DNA from: Phycisphaerae bacterium
GTDB lineage: Bacteria > Planctomycetota > Phycisphaerae > UBA1845 > Fen-1342
DNA length: 64,000 nucleotides
Direction: 5' to 3'
NCBI GenBank assembly: GCA_963675745.2
Contig: CAXXWX010000026.1
Location: forward strand, 704,001-768,000
Under the pieces are notes generated by a model that was given only the letters and a program-made list of their open reading frames with translations, was not told the origin of the DNA and made no database searches. The position numbers and the translations under genes were made by a program. Shown here in pieces: positions 10,465 through 19,716 of this stretch. The number at the start of each line of letters is the position of its first letter. Positions within the stretch are counted from its first letter, which is position 1.

Positions 10465-10758
10465 TCACCTTGTGTCGTCACCCAGTATCCAGATCGGCTT
10501 CAAGAGAATCCGTCACTTCGCAGTGCGCCAGGGCAGTTTCAGTTCAACCGTCGCGTCATGCACCCCTGCCTGATGAAGCCTGAGATTGTCAGGCGCGAAG
10601 GCCTGACGTCGCAACCGGCTTGGGGACACGCTGACAGCGCGCGAATATTAACGCAGAGGGGCTGACAACCGCAAAGCCTGACACGCGACTTGGCAATATT
10701 GAGGGGTGAGTTGCGGGGGGACGGCTGGGCTTCAAGGCTGCGCACGCGATCGCCGGGG

Positions 10759-12480
10759 TCAGTTGCGGGATTTGCCGCTGAGCGCCTTGCGCGCCTCCTC
10801 GAGCAGTGAATCGACCTTGAACGGCTTGAACAGCACGCCCGAGAGCCCCTCGTGACTGGCACGCACGATCGCATGGTCGGGGTCATAGCCGAAGCCGGTC
10901 ATGAGCACGACATGACACTCGGCGTTGGCTTCCTTTGCGGCGGCAAAAACCTCGTACCCATTGCGGTGCGGCATCTTGATGTCAGAGATGATCAGATCGA
11001 ACTGCTGCTCGCGGATAAGCCGGATGGCGTCTTCACCATCATTCGCCATCGCCACAATCGCGCCGGCCCTGGTCAGGACCGCGGCCACGGTGTCACGGAT
11101 CACATCCTCGTCGTCGGCCACCAGCACGCGCTTGTTGGCCAACAGCGGATCTGTTTCCTCCGACTCGTTTGCCACGCCGTCCAATCCGGCCGGTTCTTCC
11201 ATGTTTCTTATCCGCTGTTTGATGTTCTCGACCGCGTCGATGATCCCGTGCATGCCTCGCCGCAAGTCATCGTGGCCGATGTAGTCTTCCATCAGAGCGC
11301 TCGCCTGAGAGACAATGTCATTGAGCGGGGCGGCGAGTTCGGCGAGCACATCGGCGGTGACCTGCCCCGTGGCGGTGTGACGCTCGACCGCCAACAGACG
11401 CAGCGTGTTCAGCGCGATGGCTATGTAGCGCCCGAAGATCTCGGCGAATTGCCGATCATCCTCGGTGAAGGCGGCGATCTCTTTTGACTCCACGTTAAAC
11501 GTGCCCACGACGCGGTCCTTCAGCCAGAGGGCCACCGTCAGGGATGAGCGTGCATCGGTGATCCCAGGCAACACGTGCGGGTCACGTCGAATGTCTGGGC
11601 AGATATAGGAACGCCCCTTGGCAGCCACCCATCCGCTGATGCCGTTGCCCTCGGTCGTCGCGTAGAGTTGACGGTTGCGCGCGGTTTCGGACATGCCTTC
11701 GGCAAGCAGCAGGTCAAGCCGATTGGTCTTGTTGTCAAGCACGCGCACCGCGAAGTGCTGGAAGTGCAGCAGATCGTGGCTACAGCGCACGATCTTCTTT
11801 TCCAGCATCCCCAGGCGCTCGCCGACGTCCATGTCGGCCAGGGCATCGGGGTCGATGCGCAGCAACTCGCAGCCGGCGGCATCAATCGCGTTGAGCTTCT
11901 CGTGCAACCGACGCGTCGGCGTTACGTCCCAGGCCACCACCACGGCGCGGCTGACCTGCCCGCCGGGGTCGAAGATCGGCGAGGCGGTCAGGTCGAAGTG
12001 CAGGGTCGAATCGATGCTGATACTGCGATGGCGCTGGCGGGGTTTATCGGGCGGCGGGCGGTCGGCGGCGAGTTCGCGACACATTTCTGTCGCCGCCTGC
12101 CGGATGGTTTCGATTGCTTGGGGGGGATACGACTGAAACTTCGGGTTGGACCAGTGCAGGTTGCCGCCGTGGTCGACGGTACACACGCCGTGGCCGATCA
12201 ACGATAGGATCGACACCGCCTCGGCATGCCCGGCGGATGTTGTCAGCGGTAGGAACTGGTCCGTGGTGCTGATGACAGCGTCGAACACGCGCTCGCGAAT
12301 GGCGCGTAGTGCTTCGTCGGGCGTCTGCACGGCGCTGACATCGCAAAACATGCCAACCGCGTCCTGCAGTTCCTTGATCATCCCCGGCCGGCCCAGCATC
12401 AGCACTGAGCGCGTCCTCTCGGGGGAAGGAGACGTCATCATCGTGTCATTCGCCTCGCCGAGTCCAGACATGGATTGCAA
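10759..12480 (-). CDS. Signalling protein: degenerate receiver / PAS-like / GAF / HisKA-like / C-terminal receiver
   Basis: GAF (GISGWVA..GRSYICPD, VVGTFNVES..AFTEDD); receiver VLVADDE..DLIISDIKMP..G..MTG..KPF. Confidence 0.85.
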   Translation of the reverse strand: MQSMSGLGEANDTMMTSPSPERTRSVLMLGRPGMIKELQDAVGMFCDVSAVQTPDEALRAIRERVFDAVISTTDQFLPLTTSAGHAEAVSILSLIGHGVCTVDHGGNLHWSNPKFQSYPPQAIETIRQAATEMCRELAADRPPPDKPRQRHRSISIDSTLHFDLTASPIFDPGGQVSRAVVVAWDVTPTRRLHEKLNAIDAAGCELLRIDPDALADMDVGERLGMLEKKIVRCSHDLLHFQHFAVRVLDNKTNRLDLLLAEGMSETARNRQLYATTEGNGISGWVAAKGRSYICPDIRRDPHVLPGITDARSSLTVALWLKDRVVGTFNVESKEIAAFTEDDRQFAEIFGRYIAIALNTLRLLAVERHTATGQVTADVLAELAAPLNDIVSQASALMEDYIGHDDLRRGMHGIIDAVENIKQRIRNMEEPAGLDGVANESEETDPLLANKRVLVADDEDVIRDTVAAVLTRAGAIVAMANDGEDAIRLIREQQFDLIISDIKMPHRNGYEVFAAAKEANAECHVVLMTGFGYDPDHAIVRASHEGLSGVLFKPFKVDSLLEEARKALSGKSRN

Positions 12481-12689
12481 TACAGCAACAACCCGCCAGT
12501 TTACAGCTTACGCGAAAGGCCCGGCGTGTAGCAAGGGTCGTAACATGTTTCGCTGTCATACCTACCGAGGCAGCGAGCGACACGCCCCGGGTTTCCACCG
12601 GTGGGTTTCCAGGGTGGCAGCGTCATGCCATGGCGCACAGCCAGTTCGGGCACGTCCAGCGCGACATCACGCCTTGTCGGGGATCGGCG

Positions 12690-13124
12690 CTACCGTGCGA
12701 ATTTCGCCAGGGCTTTGCGGAGCGCGGCCGCGGCGGACTTGGTTTCGTCAGGCGTTTTGAAGGCGTAGTAGAAAATGGCCTTGCGCCCCATGCGCGCCGC
12801 GGTGACACCGCGGATATTGACGTCGGCCGCGGCTATCGCGCGCGACATCGCAGAACCCAGGCCGCGCCGATCGGGCCCCTCGACGCGCAACGCGTTCATC
12901 CCCACCGCCGGGACAAAGCCAACCTCCTTGGCAGCGTCCTTCTGCTTCTTGCCCTTGATGGGCGCGATGAACACCCGCGAGGTCTTCTCCGTGGCGCGTC
13001 GCCCGACGAGGAACTCCATATCCGCGCCGGCCTCGGTCAGGGCCTCGAGCGCCCGCGCCAACATCCCGGGCCGGTTGACCATATCCGCGGCCCACACGTC
13101 GACTTTCTTTACGGAATACGCCAT
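12690..13124 (-). CDS. Tandem ACT-domain protein
   Basis: NRPGMLARAL..L..AGADM and DRRGLGSAMS.AIA.ADVNI repeats; GGGAGG upstream of the ATG. Confidence 0.8.
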   Translation of the reverse strand: MAYSVKKVDVWAADMVNRPGMLARALEALTEAGADMEFLVGRRATEKTSRVFIAPIKGKKQKDAAKEVGFVPAVGMNALRVEGPDRRGLGSAMSRAIAAADVNIRGVTAARMGRKAIFYYAFKTPDETKSAAAALRKALAKFAR

Positions 13125-13189
13125 GAATACCTCCCTTGATTCAAAGCACGCAAGATCAGCAGCGCGCAGTATACCGCCGTCGCCCGCAC

Positions 13190-13225
13190 GTAGGGTAGGT
13201 CGAGCGCGGCGAGACCTGCCGTACG
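13190..13225 (+). repeat. GTAG-headed REP-like hairpin
   Basis: gtagggtaggtcgagcgcggcgagacctgccgtac: GTAG tetramer followed by an imperfect palindrome. Confidence 0.4.
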
Positions 13226-13340
13226 CACCGTTCCGCAATAGCGTTTCTGCCACACGCGGCCGGCACTCGCGCGCATCGCTTGTTCCGTGGCGCGCGCCGC
13301 CGTAGCATGGCCTGCCCTTGTCAGCACAACGGAGTCAAGC

Positions 13341-15137
13341 GTGAACCAAGCCAATCAGCCCCCGGGCGCCCCCGGCCGTGCCGGCGACGATCAATCGACC
13401 ACCCTGCGCGACGTACAGCAGCTCGGCATGTTCGCCGCCATCGCCAGTCTCAGCTATGTCTTCTGGGTCGTCGGCGCCATGGAGATGGTCGAACGCCTAG
13501 CCTTCTACGGCGTGCGGGCGATCACGGCCCTGTACGTGACCGCATCAGCCGAGGAGGGCGGGCTTGGCATCCCCGAAGTCCGGCTGGCCTACGTCTTCAC
13601 CGCCTGGGCCGTCGTACAGTCGTTCTTCCCGGTCTTCACGGGCGTGCTGTCCGACCGTTACGGCTACAAAGAGACGATCTTCGCCTCGACCGTGATCAAA
13701 ATCCTCGGTTATCTGATCATGGGGATATTCCCGTCATTCGCCGGTTTCTTCTGCGGCGTCGTGGTGCTGGCGCTCGGCACGGCCATCTTCAAACCGGGGA
13801 TCCAGGGCACACTCGTCAAGTGTACAACCCGCCGGAACAGCTCGATTGCCTGGGGTATTTTCTACCAGACGGTGAACATCGGGGGCTGGCTGGGCCCGTT
13901 GGTGGCGAGTTTCCTGCGCGATCGCGCCTGGGGGTACATCTTCTATGCCTGCGCCGGGATCATCAGCCTCAATTTCTTCCTGCTGCTGACCTATCGCGAG
14001 GTCGGGAAGGAGGATCGTCTCGCCGACGAGCAGACGCGCCGCGTGGAAGGTCGGCCCCGCGCCAACCTGCTGATGGTGTCGCTGCGCGAACTGGCCAAGC
14101 CGCATGTGGCGATCTACCTCGCGATCTTCTCCGGCTTCTGGTTCATGTTCAACGCCCTGTTTGACGTGCTGCCACTGCACATCCGCGACTGGGTGGACAC
14201 CGGCGACATAATCAGCTTTCTGTTCGGTGACGCCGAGCGCCCCAACGCGTTTGTCGCATTCCTCGTGGGTGCCAACCGGGACGGCACGGCGATCGACCCC
14301 GAGGGCATGCTGAACCTCAACGCGGGCATCATCATGCTGACCTGCTTCGTGTTCGCGGCGATCAGCGCTAAGCTGCGCGCCACGACCAGCATGGTGATCG
14401 GGACGCTGCTGGCATCACTGGCGATGTTCATGTGCGGCTGGGCACAGGCGGGCTGGGCTTCATTGGGCGCCATCGCGATTTTCAGTGTCGGCGAGATGCT
14501 CTCCAGCCCGAAGTTCAGCGAGTTCATCGGCAACTTCGCGCCGCGCGACAAGAAGGCCATGTATCTCGGGTTTTCGCAGATTCCGATCGCGGTCGGCTGG
14601 ACGCTGGAGAGCTACTTCGCGCCGACGCTCTATGGCATCTATGCGGCCAAGGATCGGCTGGTGCGTGGTTTTCTGGAGCGGCACGCCGCGGAGGGACACG
14701 CCGTCATGCCGTCGGCCGCAACGTTCGATGCCTGGTCGCAGGTCAGAGGTGTTGAACTGACCGCTGGTGAGCTGATCGAGCTGTTTGAAGCCGAGCCCAT
14801 CAAGTTTGTTGAACAGATACCGCAGGGCGAGGCGTTCAACTGGGCAACACAGATCGCCGCCCAGTCGCCGGAGATGCTGGCGGAGTTGCCAGGCGGTGCG
14901 GCGCTGGCCGCCAACGCCATGGAGCCTGTGACGACCATGCCGACGACGACGCAGGCCACGGAGGCGCTGGAACCGGTGGCGCATGCATTGACCGATTTCC
15001 TGCGGGACACCCACAGCGTCGGCAACCTGTGGTACCTCATGCTGGCCATCGGCGTGGTGTCCGCGATCGGCATTTACATGTATGGGCGCTGGGTGCTGAC
15101 GCTGAGTCTGAGTCACGACGGCACGGCCGATGAGTAG
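13341..15137 (+). CDS. MFS transporter, POT/PTR-like oligopeptide transporter with long late loop
   Basis: EMVERLAFYG (ExxERxxYY-like), DRYG, FKPG, FYQTVNIGG, GEMLSSP; about 12 hydrophobic segments. Start uncertain (13287/13341/13428). Confidence 0.88.
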   Translation: MNQANQPPGAPGRAGDDQSTTLRDVQQLGMFAAIASLSYVFWVVGAMEMVERLAFYGVRAITALYVTASAEEGGLGIPEVRLAYVFTAWAVVQSFFPVFTGVLSDRYGYKETIFASTVIKILGYLIMGIFPSFAGFFCGVVVLALGTAIFKPGIQGTLVKCTTRRNSSIAWGIFYQTVNIGGWLGPLVASFLRDRAWGYIFYACAGIISLNFFLLLTYREVGKEDRLADEQTRRVEGRPRANLLMVSLRELAKPHVAIYLAIFSGFWFMFNALFDVLPLHIRDWVDTGDIISFLFGDAERPNAFVAFLVGANRDGTAIDPEGMLNLNAGIIMLTCFVFAAISAKLRATTSMVIGTLLASLAMFMCGWAQAGWASLGAIAIFSVGEMLSSPKFSEFIGNFAPRDKKAMYLGFSQIPIAVGWTLESYFAPTLYGIYAAKDRLVRGFLERHAAEGHAVMPSAATFDAWSQVRGVELTAGELIELFEAEPIKFVEQIPQGEAFNWATQIAAQSPEMLAELPGGAALAANAMEPVTTMPTTTQATEALEPVAHALTDFLRDTHSVGNLWYLMLAIGVVSAIGIYMYGRWVLTLSLSHDGTADE

Positions 15138-15158
15138 CGGGACGCGCGGCAGGCACGA

Positions 15159-15213
15159 TTGTGGCACCGGTTTTCAACCGGTGGAGCCCACAGGTTACAA
15201 ACCTGTGCCACAA
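15159..15213. repeat. REP doublet between convergent genes
   Basis: ttGTGGCACCGGTTTTCAACCGGTG then inverted CACAGGTTACAAACCTGTGCCACaa. Confidence 0.75.
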
Positions 15214-15263
15214 CAGGGCGGCAGGTCTCGTTCCTCGACCTGCCCTCCCCCCCGCCGGGCTCG

Positions 15264-15749
15264 TCACTCTGCGTGCTGATGACACGCCATGTCAATGACA
15301 ACCGTCGCTGCGAGCAGTAGCACGTCATCCTCGCCGGCGACAACATCCACACCGTAGGTATCCGTCCAACTGAACCACTTCTTCGAGACGGCGGCGATCA
15401 CGCGTCCATTGCGTGTGAATGTGTATTCGTGGCTGAGGAAGTCTCCGCCGGCCTCGGGGTCGTCGGGTCCGGGCACGTCGATAGTGAACCGCGCGCGAAA
15501 GAGAGTGAACAGGTGCTTCGTGACGACGGCGGCCAGGCGCCCGGCCCGATGAATCTCGTAGGTCGGCCCCCACGAGAGCAGCTTCTGTTTGATGAAGGCC
15601 AGCTCGTTACCCGCCAGATCCCGAAATGATAGCTGGTCGCCCAAGCTGAAGACCTTGCCATCCACGAGAAAGACATCGTTACCGTGCTCATCCTTGATGC
15701 GAAAGTCGGCCCCCAGGCTGAACAGCTTCTGCTTCATAACGTACCGCAT
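15264..15749 (-). CDS. LURP-one-related (Tubby C2 / scramblase-like) protein
   Basis: MRYVMKQKLFSLGADFRIKD, IKQKLLSWGPTYEI, SKKWFSWTDTYGVD; GGAGG precedes the ATG at 15749. Confidence 0.9.
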   Translation of the reverse strand: MRYVMKQKLFSLGADFRIKDEHGNDVFLVDGKVFSLGDQLSFRDLAGNELAFIKQKLLSWGPTYEIHRAGRLAAVVTKHLFTLFRARFTIDVPGPDDPEAGGDFLSHEYTFTRNGRVIAAVSKKWFSWTDTYGVDVVAGEDDVLLLAATVVIDMACHQHAE

Positions 15750-15985
15750 GGAAACCTCCGCTCCCGGGCTGTGATTCACCAGGCTATGTGCGTATTCTGA
15801 ACGGTCCCCGCCGCCGCGCCGATGAGAAATCCACGCCGTGATTGGAATCGACGCCGCCAGAGCGAGAGGTTTCCGGCGTATTACTCCAGCATTATGCCAA
15901 TACCCCGGCGGATCTCGCCGGCAACTTGTGTGGCGGTCCCGGGATACACGGCAATGTTGTCCATCATACCGGTTGTGGCAGAACG

Positions 15986-17743
15986 CTAGCCGCTCAGCAA
16001 CGCGACAAACGCGCCAATATCGCCGTTGTTGATAAAGCCGTCGCAATTAGCGTCGGCCAGCGTGAGGTTGCAGTCTGGATATGCGACGGCATATCCATCG
16101 GGGTCGGTGACTGCCAGCACGAACGGGTCGATGTCGCCGTTATTGACGAACCCGTCGCAATTCATGTCGCCCAACGCGGGTGCGCCAAACTCGAAGGCCC
16201 CCATATCAACGCGAGCCACGCTGTCTCCGTTGCCGTCCCAGACGCGCAAGTGACGGCCCAAGTCGGTGTCGCCCGGCAGCGGCACGAAACTCGGATCGCC
16301 CGTATCCACGCATGGCGATCCGGCGGCGAGCCGAAAGTCATTGTCCTCCCACGTGTTCGGATCACCGTCCGGCCCGTAGGGATCGACGAACAATGGGTCG
16401 GCGTCGACGTTGCCCGCGCCGGACCAACCGGACTCCACGTCGCTATACGTGACGGTCAGCGTGCCCGTATCGATATAGACCTCCTCCGGCAAGTCGCCCC
16501 ACAGAATGGAGTTGCTGACAACCGGGCTGGACTTGTAGCACCACAGACCGCCACCTTCGACGTCGGCCGTATTCAGCGCGATCGTGCAATTCTCGATCGT
16601 CGCGTGGCTCTGTTGCGAGCAGCGTATGCCGCCACCGCGCTGGGCCGTGTTGAGCGTGACTGCGCAGTTGCGGAGCGTCGGATTGCAGTACCAGTAGCAG
16701 TAGACACCGCCACCCTGCCCCCCAGCCTCGTTTCGAGCGATCGCGCACTGCACAATTGTCGGGCTGCTTTCTTCACAGTAAACGGCTCCGCCGGCGGCGC
16801 CGGCAGTGTTGCCTGCGATAACGCAGTTGCTGACCACGTCTCCGCTGCCACTGTAGAGCCAGCGGATTCCTCCGCCGTTGTAATCGGCGATGTTTTGCAG
16901 GATATAAGAGTTGGACAGCATCAGGCTTCCTTCGCCGGAGTTGATGGCTGCCGCGTGTGCCGCGGAATTGGCCACGAGCAGACATCCGCTGATTTCCACA
17001 TTGCTGATAGAGGAATCAACACCGCCGCCTGAAACCGCGTCGTTCTCCCTGATTTCGCAATCGCGAATATGCGCGTTCGTGGCTTGGCAACAGACGCCAC
17101 CGCCCACGTAGGCGCACGAGTTGTGCGAGATCGTGCAGCGTTCAATTGTCGGGTTGCCGCCCAACAGGAAAACGCCCGCCCCCAGGCTGGTACGTTCGGC
17201 GAGGTTGTTATACGTGATCGTGCAATCGCGAATCACAACGCTACTATTGTGACAGGCAATGCCGCCGCCGTCACCAAAGAGCGATGTCCCGCTGGAGCTG
17301 GCGGTGCACTGTGTAATCGTGCACTTCTCTATCACCGGGCCGCTGCTATGGCAGTAAATGCCGCCGCCGCGATAGTCATCCGCGTCGTCACCGTAGGCCA
17401 GGCCACGCCTGATCGTGAGCCCGGTCAGTACGCTCGCCTCGGTCTCACCGCTATGGAAGTAAAATCCGCGAGCGGCGTACTGACAATCGATGACGCACAG
17501 CGCCGCGTCCCCCGACGCGCTGCGTACGGTGATCGCCCGACCACCGAAGTCCAAATCTCGGTTTCCTGATCCTGTGTACGTCCCGTCGGCAATGACCACT
17601 TCATCACCGGCAACACAAGCGTCGATCGCCGCCTGAATCGTGCCGTACACGCTGGGCACGTGCCGCTCTTCGCTGTAGGCCACACAGGTGACGGCCGCGA
17701 CAGCAGCCAGCGACGACAGAACCTGAAATCGTGGAGTTGGCAT
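15986..17743 (-). CDS. Secreted right-handed beta-helix protein with C-terminal dockerin-like tag
   Basis: Signal peptide, VPSVYGTIQAAID, many GGG(I/V)xC / N.A repeats, DFRL..GSPCVDTG..DMGAFE, GDMNCDGFVNNGDIDPFV...ADANCDGFINNGDI. Confidence 0.88.
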   Translation of the reverse strand: MPTPRFQVLSSLAAVAAVTCVAYSEERHVPSVYGTIQAAIDACVAGDEVVIADGTYTGSGNRDLDFGGRAITVRSASGDAALCVIDCQYAARGFYFHSGETEASVLTGLTIRRGLAYGDDADDYRGGGIYCHSSGPVIEKCTITQCTASSSGTSLFGDGGGIACHNSSVVIRDCTITYNNLAERTSLGAGVFLLGGNPTIERCTISHNSCAYVGGGVCCQATNAHIRDCEIRENDAVSGGGVDSSISNVEISGCLLVANSAAHAAAINSGEGSLMLSNSYILQNIADYNGGGIRWLYSGSGDVVSNCVIAGNTAGAAGGAVYCEESSPTIVQCAIARNEAGGQGGGVYCYWYCNPTLRNCAVTLNTAQRGGGIRCSQQSHATIENCTIALNTADVEGGGLWCYKSSPVVSNSILWGDLPEEVYIDTGTLTVTYSDVESGWSGAGNVDADPLFVDPYGPDGDPNTWEDNDFRLAAGSPCVDTGDPSFVPLPGDTDLGRHLRVWDGNGDSVARVDMGAFEFGAPALGDMNCDGFVNNGDIDPFVLAVTDPDGYAVAYPDCNLTLADANCDGFINNGDIGAFVALLSG

Positions 17744-17985
17744 ATCAGCACCTCGTCAGCTTGCGACGTGCGACCCCACATGGCGTGGCTGCCCCGCCAT
17801 CCTGCCCGTGGGGCAGAAACCTACGTGTATGCTAACGAATGCGGGAATGCGTCGCAAACCGAATCGGATGGCCCAAAGTCGCGCTCGCCTGTCAGATAAC
17901 GCCTCGCGCCGCCTATGGCGCTGCCGGGTATGCCGGTATCGACCCAACGGCTTGCGCGAGTATCGGCGTGCCGAGGAGCCGTCGG

Positions 17986-19200
17986 CTAAGGCTGCTGTGG
18001 ATAGGCCGCCTGGAGCGCGAGCATTGAATAGGCCGTGGTCAGCTCGGGGTTACCCTCGTAGTAGCGATCGGCGTTGTTAATCCAGCTTCCATCCGGGCGT
18101 TGCCGCTTTGCCAACGCCTCGAGCAGCTCACGCCGCCAGTCCCGATCCCGCCCTTGCGCGTCCTTGATCGAATCCTCATTCCAGGCTTCGAGCGTGCGTC
18201 CGAACGTGTGATAGTAATAAAACAGCCCTTCCTGTGATTGGCCGCCGGGCATGTTCGGATTCGCGTCGAGCGTCCAGTTTCGGCGAATCCACTCCAAGGC
18301 CGCTTTGACGCGCGGATCATCCTTGGTCAGTCCGGCGTAAAGCAGGCTCTTGAAACCCGCGTAGGACATCGTGCCAAAGCAACGCAGCTCGGTGCGTCCC
18401 TCGATTTCAATCTCGCCGGCGCGCGTTTCGCCGCCGTTGGCCGGCGAGTATATGAACCCACCTTGCGTGGAGCCTTTCGCGAACGGCTGATCGTTGACCT
18501 CCGCCTGCATCTGGCAACGCTGGATGAACACCAGGGCCTTCTTGTAGGCGGGATCATCCTTGGGCAAGCCACTATCGTGCAACGCCTCCAACATCAGTTG
18601 CGTGTTCGAAAGATCGGGGCGTTTGTGCCGTCCATAGCCCGCGCCGCCGTAGAAGACATTGTCGCGCGAGATGTCCTCGCCCTCGTCCCATTGGCCATCC
18701 TTTAGAAACCCTTGCAGGTTCTTTATCTTCGCGGCGAAGGTCGGGTCCTTGACTCTGGCGAGCAGCATGAGCGTGACCGCGCTTTCGTAGTTCTTCAGCA
18801 AGCCATCGCCGCTGTAGATGCCGCCGTCGTCGTGCTGGAAGCGGAAGATGAACTCGAGGCCGCGTTTCACGGCGGGGTGTTCGGGGCCGACGGTCGGTTG
18901 CTGGACGAGGGCTTTTAGCACCAGCGCGCTGACCCCCGGCCCGGTGCTTGATGCCCAGCCGCCGTCCTTGTCCTGCGTCGCTATCAGGTAGTTGGCGCCG
19001 CGCGCGGTGAGCTTGCCGGCGGTGCGCGCGGGCAGGTCGGCCTGCTCGGAGGGTGCAGTCTGCTTTACCGCTGGTGCGCCTGGCGTCGCCGCAGCGCCGG
19101 GCTGGTCGGCCTCCTGTCCGTGCGCCGAGAAAACAAAGGCACAGATTCCCAGCAGCGTAACGCTCCGGGAAACATCGAACGCTTTTCTGACGCGAATCAT
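17986..19200 (-). CDS. Exported prenyltransferase/squalene-cyclase repeat protein (single barrel)
   Basis: QDKDGGW, QHDDGG, QRPDGSW QW-type repeats; N-terminal signal-like segment. Confidence 0.82.
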   Translation of the reverse strand: MIRVRKAFDVSRSVTLLGICAFVFSAHGQEADQPGAAATPGAPAVKQTAPSEQADLPARTAGKLTARGANYLIATQDKDGGWASSTGPGVSALVLKALVQQPTVGPEHPAVKRGLEFIFRFQHDDGGIYSGDGLLKNYESAVTLMLLARVKDPTFAAKIKNLQGFLKDGQWDEGEDISRDNVFYGGAGYGRHKRPDLSNTQLMLEALHDSGLPKDDPAYKKALVFIQRCQMQAEVNDQPFAKGSTQGGFIYSPANGGETRAGEIEIEGRTELRCFGTMSYAGFKSLLYAGLTKDDPRVKAALEWIRRNWTLDANPNMPGGQSQEGLFYYYHTFGRTLEAWNEDSIKDAQGRDRDWRRELLEALAKRQRPDGSWINNADRYYEGNPELTTAYSMLALQAAYPQQP

Positions 19201-19268
19201 GGTCACGGGCCTTTCTGACTCTCTTCCAGTCTCTTTGGCAACGCCGCCCGGTGCGGCGGCCCCGACAC

Positions 19269-19640
19269 CTAATCGTACCCCAATTCGCCCAGGCGCTGCT
19301 CGTCGAGCCCGAAGTGGTGCCCGATTTCGTGCAGGACCGTGATGCGGATTTCTTCGAGCAGTTCCGCGCGCGAGTCGCACATCTCGCACAGGTTACGCCG
19401 GAAGATGAGCACGCGGTCCGGCAGCGCCGCGGGCTGCTCCAGCGCCTTGTCTTCAAGCGGGCAGCCGATGTACAGCCCGAGAATGTCGTCGGGCACGTCC
19501 TGTTCACGCACCAGTTGCGCCGTCGGCCGATCCCAGGCCTCGACGATCACGTTCGCCAGGTAAGGGCGAAACGCGTCGGGCAATTCGGCCAACGCGTCGG
19601 CGATCGCGCGGTCGAACTCGTCGTTGGTCAACTGTATCAT
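19269..19640 (-). CDS. Zincin-like metallopeptidase (Zincin_1/DUF1025)
   Basis: LGLYIG.P, PDRVLIFRRNL, ITVLHEIGHHFGL (HExxH). Confidence 0.92.
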   Translation of the reverse strand: MIQLTNDEFDRAIADALAELPDAFRPYLANVIVEAWDRPTAQLVREQDVPDDILGLYIGCPLEDKALEQPAALPDRVLIFRRNLCEMCDSRAELLEEIRITVLHEIGHHFGLDEQRLGELGYD

Positions 19641-19716
19641 CTGACCACACCATGTCGTTGCGGTAACAGCGCCGTCTGGCGCGCTGACGCCACGGCAGCA
19701 TACAGGAGTACGGCTT

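Noticed and set aside
15842..17032. 396-aa plus-strand ORF and other long antisense ORFs (86-916, 4402-5310, 39353-40342, 50352-51245)
   Set aside because: They lie opposite well-supported genes; long shadow ORFs are expected at high GC and carry no recognisable motifs.
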